Source of the DNA: Candidatus Melainabacteria bacterium 17Bon1m
GTDB taxonomy: Bacteria; Cyanobacteriota; Vampirovibrionia; Obscuribacterales; Obscuribacteraceae
Direction: 5' to 3'
Assembly: GCA_032128875.1 (NCBI GenBank)
Contig: JAVLKG010000004.1
Location: forward strand, 672,001-736,000
Length of the DNA: 64,000 nucleotides
Shown here: piece by piece, positions 57,745 to 64,000 of the stretch
Position numbering within the stretch: position 1 is the first letter of the stretch
How the letters are laid out: every line of letters begins with the position of its first letter
Translations under genes and position numbers: made by a program
The notes under the pieces: model-generated
Told to the model about the DNA's origin: nothing
What the model saw: only the letters and a program-made list of their open reading frames with translations
The model's database searches: none

Positions 57745-60700
57745 ATGTGGATCGTCCAACTAGCGCTAAAACAACCTCACACGTTTATCGTGATGGCGCT
57801 GCTCATTTTCCTATTCGGTTTTATCTCAGTAAAGCAGATGCCGGTCGACATTTTTCCGAACATCGACGAGCCGATTGTGAGCTGCGTGTGGACTTACACT
57901 GGCATGCAGCCCGATGATATCGAGAACTTGCTGACGACTGTAACTGAGCGCGCTCTAACATCCACTGTCAAAGATATCCAACACATGGAATCGATGTCGC
58001 TGAGCGGGATGAGCATCATCAAGATCTTCTTGCACCAGGGTGGAAACATCGCTGAGGCTGTGGCGCAGGTAGCGTCGACTGGCAACGCAATTATGAAACA
58101 ATTGCCGCCAAATATCACGCCACCGCTGGTAACTCAGTCGTCCGCGACTGATGTTCCGGTACTTCAGCTAGTTGTTGGCAGTAAAAAACTAGGAGAAGCA
58201 GAGCTTTTCGACTGCGCCAATTCATTTATACGTATTCAACTTGCAGTTGTGCAAGGAGCCACCATTCCCTATCCCAACGGTGGCAAATACCGGCAAGTTA
58301 TGATCGACCTCAATCCGGACTCGCTGGCCGGCTACGGACTGACGCCTTACGATATCGTCCAGGCTGTTAACAAACAAAGCATCATTGCCCCCTCGGGCAC
58401 AGCCAAGATGGGAAGCATCGAGTACATCGTTTCCCTCAATAACATGCCAAAGCTTATTGACACACTCAATGACATACCGTTAAAACACGTCAAGGGTGCG
58501 ACGGTTTATCTGAAAGATGTGGCATTTGTCCACGACGGCTTTCAGCCGCAGCTGAATATTGTTAATTTGAACAACAGCCGCGCCGTCATTATGAGCATTT
58601 TGAAAAACGGCAATGCCTCGACCCTTGCTGTCGTCAATCAGGTCAAAGGATTGATGAATCAGATAAGGGCATCTGTTCCCAAATCTGTAACCGTAGATAT
58701 CCTGACCGACCAATCAAAATTCGTGGTTGAGTGCGTCAAAGAAGTCTTCCAAGAAGCAATTACAGCAGCAAGTCTGACGGCGATCCTTATGCTGGCTATT
58801 TTGGGCAGCTGGCGCAGTACGTTGATTGTTATTACATCTATCCCTCTTTCGATATTTGTCTCCATCATCTGCCTCCACATTACCGGCAATACAATCAATT
58901 CCATGACACTGGGCGGACTGGCTCTCGCAGTCGGTATGCTGGTTGACGACGCCACCGTTGAAATCGAAAACGTACACCGCCAGATGGATATGGGCAAGAA
59001 AATAGAACAAGCTATTTTGGACGGGGCACAGGAAGTCGCGCTGCCGGCGATGGTTTCAACCGTTTCTATCTGCATTGTATTTTTGCCTGTATTCCTCTTG
59101 CCCGAACCAGCGAAATCGTTGTTTGTGCCGCTGGGCATGGCTGTTTCCTTTGCCATGCTTGCATCCTACGGTTTGTCGAGAACAATCGTTCCTCTAATGT
59201 CAAAGGCGTTATTCAAATCAGAAGAACATGCCGCCGGAGAGAAGAAAGAGGAGTCGCACAGTTTCTTCGGAAAAATCCACAAATTTATCGATACCAACTT
59301 CGATAGGTTGCGCGATATCTATCACGGTTTCCTCGGAACCGCACTGGACCACAGAGGGATAGTCATCCTCGGATTTATCGGCTTCTACGCTCTTTCCTTC
59401 TGCCTGCTGCCGCTCATAGGCAGAGAGTTCTTCCCGACAATCGATGCTGGTCAAATCCGCTTGCACGTCAATGCACCACCAGGTACGCGCGTTGAAGTCA
59501 CAGAGAGAATTTTCCGTGGGGTAGAAAACCAAATCAGAAAAATCATTCCTGCCGACGAAATCGTCGTTATGACGGACAATATCGGCATGGCTGTCAGCGC
59601 TGTCAACTACGCATTTTCGGACTCTCAAACCATCAGTGAAGCAGATGGAGAAATTCTCTTGACCTTGACTGAAGAACGAAAGCATCCGACTGTTTACTAT
59701 CAACGAAAAATCCGCGAAATGATGACGCGAGATTTCCCGCAGTGCGACTACTATTTCCAACCTGCCGACATCATCACCCAAATTTTGAACGCCGGTCTGC
59801 CTTCGCCAATCGATATTAAAATTGTCGGTTTCAATAAAGAGAAGAATTTTGAGATCGCAAAACAAATCAAGCGCAAAGTGGAAAACGTTGAGGGCGCGGT
59901 TGATGTTTGCTTGCACCAAGTGATGAACGCGCCAAGGTTTTTCTTTGAAGTAGATAGAACCCGCGCGAATCAGCTAGGACTCAACCAGAAGGACATCTCT
60001 AACTCTCTGCTAGTTTCCCTAAGTTCGAGCTTTCAGGTTGCGCCTAACTTTTGGCTTAATCGCAACAACGGTGTTTCCTACAACCTGGCTGCACAAACTC
60101 CGCAATACAGAATTAGTAGCATCGGCGACTTGTTTAATACACCAGTGGCAACCAGCCAGTCCAACTACGGACAAGACACAGCTCAGTTGCTTTCCAACGT
60201 AGCCAAGCCGGTCAGACAGTTCACCCCCGCTGTCGTCAACCACTACAACGTTGCGCCCGTATACGACGTGTACGCCGCCTGCCAGGGAAAAGATCTAGGT
60301 TCTGTCAGCGATGACATTCAAAAGATCGTCGATGGTTTCCAAAAAGAATTGCCGCGCGGAACGCGGGTTGTCGTCGCCGGACAAGTGCTCAGCATGAAGC
60401 TCGCATTTTACTGGCTGCTTATTGGTCTTGCAGGAGCGCTCGTACTTGTCTATTTACTGCTGGTTGTGAACTACCAGTCATGGTCAGATCCGCTGATTAT
60501 CTTGATGGCGGTTCCGGGTGCACTATCTGGCATTCTATGGAGTCTGTACGTGACGCAAACAAATTTCAGCGTCCCCGCGCTGATGGGGACAATCATGACC
60601 ATAGGTGTCGCCTCAGCAAATAGTATTTTGATGGTCACCTTCTGTAATGAGCAATTGCGGGAGGGCAAGACCGCCAGAGAAGCAGCGCATACTGCTGGTC

Positions 60701-60930
60701 ATCAGCGTTTTCGCCCGGTAAGCATGACGGCTCTGGCAATGATTATTGGGATGATACCAATGGCTTCGAGCGCTGGACAAAACGCACCGATTGGACGTGC
60801 CGTGATCGGCGGCCTCACAATCGCCACTTTCTCAACATTGTTTTTTGTACCGCTGATCTTTTCTCACTTGAGACAGAACAGCAAATTGAATTGGCCGCCA
60901 AAACATCCAGAGCAAACAACGGAAAGTTAG
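57745..60930 (+). CDS. RND efflux permease (AcrB/AcrD/AcrF family)
   Basis: MPVDIFPNID.P, INSMTLGGLALAVGMLVDDATVEIEN, ANSILMV, RFRPVSMTALAMIIGMIP; 1061 aa. Confidence 0.95.
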   Translation: MWIVQLALKQPHTFIVMALLIFLFGFISVKQMPVDIFPNIDEPIVSCVWTYTGMQPDDIENLLTTVTERALTSTVKDIQHMESMSLSGMSIIKIFLHQGGNIAEAVAQVASTGNAIMKQLPPNITPPLVTQSSATDVPVLQLVVGSKKLGEAELFDCANSFIRIQLAVVQGATIPYPNGGKYRQVMIDLNPDSLAGYGLTPYDIVQAVNKQSIIAPSGTAKMGSIEYIVSLNNMPKLIDTLNDIPLKHVKGATVYLKDVAFVHDGFQPQLNIVNLNNSRAVIMSILKNGNASTLAVVNQVKGLMNQIRASVPKSVTVDILTDQSKFVVECVKEVFQEAITAASLTAILMLAILGSWRSTLIVITSIPLSIFVSIICLHITGNTINSMTLGGLALAVGMLVDDATVEIENVHRQMDMGKKIEQAILDGAQEVALPAMVSTVSICIVFLPVFLLPEPAKSLFVPLGMAVSFAMLASYGLSRTIVPLMSKALFKSEEHAAGEKKEESHSFFGKIHKFIDTNFDRLRDIYHGFLGTALDHRGIVILGFIGFYALSFCLLPLIGREFFPTIDAGQIRLHVNAPPGTRVEVTERIFRGVENQIRKIIPADEIVVMTDNIGMAVSAVNYAFSDSQTISEADGEILLTLTEERKHPTVYYQRKIREMMTRDFPQCDYYFQPADIITQILNAGLPSPIDIKIVGFNKEKNFEIAKQIKRKVENVEGAVDVCLHQVMNAPRFFFEVDRTRANQLGLNQKDISNSLLVSLSSSFQVAPNFWLNRNNGVSYNLAAQTPQYRISSIGDLFNTPVATSQSNYGQDTAQLLSNVAKPVRQFTPAVVNHYNVAPVYDVYAACQGKDLGSVSDDIQKIVDGFQKELPRGTRVVVAGQVLSMKLAFYWLLIGLAGALVLVYLLLVVNYQSWSDPLIILMAVPGALSGILWSLYVTQTNFSVPALMGTIMTIGVASANSILMVTFCNEQLREGKTAREAAHTAGHQRFRPVSMTALAMIIGMIPMASSAGQNAPIGRAVIGGLTIATFSTLFFVPLIFSHLRQNSKLNWPPKHPEQTTES

Positions 60931-62280
60931 ATGATGCACACCACAAGACAGAGAAATAGAAACTCTCGCAAGCCGCACGGCAAGATGAATTTGGTCGTGA
61001 TCCTCATAATTGTCGCCGCGGTTTTTGCGGGACTTTTCCTGATTGGCTTTCTTCCTCGAATGGAGAACAAAAAGGATCTCAAAAAAACTCACGAGGTTAC
61101 TGTCGGTAGCGTTCCTATCGTGCAAACCGTCATCGCAAAACGAGCACCATTGAAAGAGGAGGGAAATCTCCCGGGCAATATCAGCGCGATACAATATGTC
61201 ACCATCAACGCCCGAGTGGACGGTTACCTCAAAAGCAGATTGGTCGACATAGGCGATTGGGTAAAACGTGGACAGTTGCTTGCCGAAATCGATACGCCCA
61301 CAATCGACCAGGAGCTTAACCAAGCAAAAGCAGATCTAGCGGAAAGCGAGTCGCAGCTTGAAAGCGCAAAGGCAAAACTCAAGGAAGCAATTGCACAAGA
61401 TGTAGCGGCGAAAGCAAACATTCTAAAGTCGCAGGCCAACGAAGAATTTGCGCACATAACTTCCGACCGCTGGATCGCGATGGCAACCAAGGGTGCTGTC
61501 AGCCTTCAGAGTCGTGATGAGAGAGTGCGACAGTACAAAGATGCGGTCGCACAACTGCAAGTTTCCATTGCACAAGAGAAAGCCAGCCAAGCTGCAGTTA
61601 ATTCTGCGGAAGCCGAAGTTGGTGTTTCGAAATCGTTGGTTGCAGCAAAGACGGCTAGCGTTGCTCGAATCGCAGCGCAACAGAATTTCAAAAGAGTGGT
61701 GGCACCATTTGATGGCGTAATCACATTGAGAAAAGTCGATCCCGGTTCGCTGATCAGCTCGGGAAGCCAAATGCCGACGCTAGAACTCTTTCAACTGGCA
61801 AAGATCGATACGCTGAGAATCTACGTAAACGTGCCTCAAACTTTTGCGAGATTTTTATTGTCCGGGCAGAAAGCTGAAGTATTCGTGCCTGAGATGCCTG
61901 ACAAGATTTTTGAAGGAACAGTCACCAACATTGCAGGCGCCCTCGACCCTTCAACCAGAACTCGTCAAACAGAAGTGCGCATAGACAATAAGAACCACGA
62001 GCTATTGCCCGGCATGTACGCGCAGGTGCGGGTCACCGTCAAACGCGATGAAGAATGGATTACTGTTCCTGGCACAGCGTTGGTTCCGAAAGGCGACGGC
62101 ACTTATGTCGCCGTGGTCAAAGATGACTGCGTACACTTCAACAAAATTGAAATCGGTAGAGACTTCGGTGACTCCGTAGAAGTAAAACGCGGTCTTGCTG
62201 GAGGCGAAACTGTCATCGTCAGCCCACCTATAGATTTAATCGATGGAGAGAAAGTGAAGCCATCCCCGCTTGCTGATTAA
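60931..62280 (+). CDS. RND periplasmic adaptor (membrane fusion protein)
   Basis: N-terminal TM, ARVDGYL....VDIGD.VK.GQLLAEID.P, coiled coil, VAPFDGVIT.R.V..G, LDP.TRT, LLPGMY. Confidence 0.93.
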   Translation: MMHTTRQRNRNSRKPHGKMNLVVILIIVAAVFAGLFLIGFLPRMENKKDLKKTHEVTVGSVPIVQTVIAKRAPLKEEGNLPGNISAIQYVTINARVDGYLKSRLVDIGDWVKRGQLLAEIDTPTIDQELNQAKADLAESESQLESAKAKLKEAIAQDVAAKANILKSQANEEFAHITSDRWIAMATKGAVSLQSRDERVRQYKDAVAQLQVSIAQEKASQAAVNSAEAEVGVSKSLVAAKTASVARIAAQQNFKRVVAPFDGVITLRKVDPGSLISSGSQMPTLELFQLAKIDTLRIYVNVPQTFARFLLSGQKAEVFVPEMPDKIFEGTVTNIAGALDPSTRTRQTEVRIDNKNHELLPGMYAQVRVTVKRDEEWITVPGTALVPKGDGTYVAVVKDDCVHFNKIEIGRDFGDSVEVKRGLAGGETVIVSPPIDLIDGEKVKPSPLAD

Positions 62281-62284
62281 AGCA

Positions 62285-62476
62285 CTAAGCAGATTTTTCG
62301 TTCAAACGCTCCATCACCCACATTCGGACCATGGTTCCAACTGGCAGTCCGAGCTTATTTGCCTCTTCATATAGGCGATCCATAATCTCAGGTTCGATGC
62401 GGAACTGCACTAAGGCCTCTTTGTTCACGCGAATGGTAGCCTCTTTCCTAATTTTCTCAATTCTTTTTTTGTCCAT
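62285..62476 (-). CDS. CopG/ribbon-helix-helix-type antitoxin (BrnA-like position)
   Basis: LVQFRIEPEIMDRLYEEANKLGLPVGTMVRMWVMERL; lies directly downstream of the BrnT-like remnant. Start ATG 62476 or 62485; the ORF track starts at 62533. Confidence 0.75.
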   Translation of the reverse strand: MDKKRIEKIRKEATIRVNKEALVQFRIEPEIMDRLYEEANKLGLPVGTMVRMWVMERLNEKSA

Positions 62477-62486
62477 CAACTTCATC

Positions 62487-62622
62487 TCAGCGGTAATGTT
62501 TCGTTGCATCCATTCCATTAAAGACGTGTTCATCCGGTCAGATTGCGGCTATCAAGCACCTGGTCTACTTCTTCTTGCGTCACTCTGTGTTTGCTAAGGT
62601 TCCCCTCATCGAAAGTGATCAT
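62487..62622 (-). pseudogene. BrnT-like toxin pseudogene (internal deletion plus frameshift)
   Basis: Frame 1 reads MITFDEGNLSKHRVTQEEVDQVLDSRNLTG*; the shifted frame continues DEHVFNGMDATKHYR*. These resemble the N- and C-termini of BrnT-like toxins with the central strands missing. GGGAG SD upstream. Confidence 0.7.
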
Positions 62623-62647
62623 TGCTGGAAAAGCTCCCGCGTATGCG

Positions 62648-62676
62648 ATTGTATTACAAAACAAGACAAACGTCAA
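62648..62676 (-). promoter_or_regulatory. Sigma70-type promoter of the TA locus with an overlapping palindrome
   Basis: TTGACG-17 nt-TACAAT on the minus strand; TTGTA-A-TACAA palindrome overlaps the -10 box. Confidence 0.65.
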
Positions 62677-62745
62677 TTTGGCGAAAACTTTGCTTTGGCT
62701 AAATTTTCCGCTTGCTCTCAAGTTTGAGCTGTAATTATGTATACG

Positions 62746-62785
62746 AAATTGAAAGCAAAAAGTTCAAACCTTTTGCTTTCAATTT
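62746..62785 (-). terminator. Perfect 15-bp inverted repeat downstream of the response regulator; probable terminator
   Basis: AAATTGAAAGCAAAA-N10-TTTTGCTTTCAATTT, about 30 nt past the stop at 62817. Confidence 0.55.
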
Positions 62786-62816
62786 TAAAGAATGCTCGAA
62801 TCGAGCAAAGAATCAG

Positions 62817-63551
62817 TTATGTAGTTTCTTTTGAGTCTGCAGCTTCGTCAGCTTGGGCACTTGCTTCGTTCGCAACCCCAGGCTTCTCAAATTTATAACC
62901 AACTCTGTGGAGAGTCTTGATGAGAGATTCTTCTCCATCGTTGTCGATTTTGCTTCTTAGCTTAGTGATGTGAACGCGCACCGTATCTGGTGACGCCTCG
63001 GAATAGTTAGACCAGACTTTATCGAGGATGGTATCGGCGCTAAAAACCTTGCCGGGGTTGCGCATGAAAAATTCGAGCAATGCATATTCGCGCGGCATCA
63101 AAGTCAGCTGCTTATCGCCCTTTGTCACAACATGGCTGACAGAGTCTAGTTCTAAATCTCCGATTTTGATAACGTTGGTTTTGATCTCACGAGATCGTCG
63201 CATTAGCGCGCGCAACCTTGCGCTTAACTCGCGCATGTGAAAAGGTTTGGTCACGTAATCGTCCGCGCCTGAATCCAAACCCTCTTCTTTGTTGGCTATC
63301 TCTTTCTTTCCTGTAAGCATCAAGACAACACCAGCACCACCATTGGCTCTGTATTCCTTGCACACCTCGAGACCTGTCATTCCCGGCACCTGCCAGTCGA
63401 GAATGAGCACGTCATACTGGTTTGCTTTCAGCCTTTCCATCGCCGCCGGTCCATTAGCGACATGGTCTACGGCATAGCTTTCGCCCGTTAGCCAGTCATC
63501 AATGACTCTTGCCAACCTGACATCATCTTCAACAATTAGTACTTTTGGCAT
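62817..63551 (-). CDS. OmpR/PhoB-family response regulator
   Basis: VLIVEDD, LILDWQVPG, MLTG, GADDYVTKPF, winged helix with REYALLEFF...VRVHITKLRSKI...IKTLHRVGY. Confidence 0.95.
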   Translation of the reverse strand: MPKVLIVEDDVRLARVIDDWLTGESYAVDHVANGPAAMERLKANQYDVLILDWQVPGMTGLEVCKEYRANGGAGVVLMLTGKKEIANKEEGLDSGADDYVTKPFHMRELSARLRALMRRSREIKTNVIKIGDLELDSVSHVVTKGDKQLTLMPREYALLEFFMRNPGKVFSADTILDKVWSNYSEASPDTVRVHITKLRSKIDNDGEESLIKTLHRVGYKFEKPGVANEASAQADEAADSKETT

Positions 63552-63781
63552 CTTGGAAAGCTAAAGCAAACACGAAAGCGTGGAGACTATAAGTGGCACC
63601 GGTTTCCCCATTTTACCTGTATTTACACCTCTCTATCCGTCGTCCTATATTTTTCTGGTCAAACCCCAGCATAATGGACATCCGCAGCCTCAGGATCTAA
63701 AGTAGTCGCTGGGGTCTCGTCACGTTCTTTTGTTCCTTTCCGCTCTCGACTAGTCTCGACATCGAGGAAGCATTTTCAGCA

Positions 63782-64000
63782 GTGCGCTTGAACATAAAAC
63801 AAAAAGGATTGATCATCGTCGCAATCCCTCTAGTTTTAGAGGCGGCTTTCGTTTTGCTTCTCTATCTCATGCTAGAAGATGCGGAAAACAAAGTCAGCAA
63901 GGAGACAAAGTCGCGACTTGTTCTTCAAGAAGTGAATAACATCTCCAAAAACATCTTTGACTCCGCAAGCCACCTTGTCACTTGGAACTTTACCCACAGA
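63782..64000 (+). CDS. 5' part of a membrane protein, probably a sensor histidine kinase (runs off the window)
   Basis: Hand translation from GTG 63782: MRLNIKQKGLIIVAIPLVLEAAFVLLLYLMLEDAENKVSKETKSRLVLQEVNNISKNIFDSASHLVTWNFTHR... A TM is followed by a helical sensor-like segment; GAGG SD upstream; divergent from the OmpR-type gene. The kinase domain is not visible. Confidence 0.6.
   Translation, partial: MRLNIKQKGLIIVAIPLVLEAAFVLLLYLMLEDAENKVSKETKSRLVLQEVNNISKNIFDSASHLVTWNFTHR

Noticed and set aside
62530-62721. 63-aa ORF from the ORF track as a real gene
   Set aside because: Its 5' half overlaps the predicted promoter; only the part from ATG 62622 is the toxin remnant.
63663-63715. ACCCCAGC...GCTGGGGT inverted repeat between the regulator and the putative kinase
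   Set aside because: Short arms, long spacer and no matching RNA family.
1-64000. CRISPR arrays, tRNA/rRNA, prophage, IS elements, integrons, retron/DGR components
   Set aside because: By eye I saw no regularly spaced repeats, cloverleafs, or transposase, integrase, reverse transcriptase or phage structural genes.

Overview
A gene-dense stretch of bacterial chromosome with about 42 CDSs. I found no rRNA, tRNA, CRISPR array, integrase or transposase. The gene content includes many TPR proteins, Ser/Thr kinases with C-terminal LRR domains, MshEN-like repeats, DUF4384/DUF4388 proteins, OmpA, TolC and an OmpR/histidine-kinase pair. This suggests a signalling-rich diderm, most plausibly a non-photosynthetic cyanobacterial relative such as Vampirovibrionia/Obscuribacterales (inference only). 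Recognisable housekeeping-type genes are lhr, ppk1, an S9 peptidase, an MFS transporter, a COG1233-type FAD oxidoreductase, an SprT-like protease and an arylsulfatase-TolC-RND-MFP operon. The most unusual signal is a set of intact, full-length genes whose catalytic residues are replaced or missing: an 1823-aa PilB/GspE-like protein with no ATPase domain, a pseudokinase, a secreted pseudo-caspase-TPR protein, a pseudo-DEDDh exonuclease and a split pseudo-trypsin with a DUF4388 insertion. The first three lie within 2.5-16.7 kb, together with a PAS-only protein, an MshEN-repeat membrane protein and a hydrolase-DUF4384 fusion, and may form an undescribed scaffold/signalling module. I also found a BrnT-like toxin pseudogene with an intact promoter and antitoxin, a candidate sRNA upstream of ppk1, an orphan sce7726-family nuclease, and a small membrane ORF below the ORF-track cutoff. 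All family calls come from motif recognition by eye; no searches were run.
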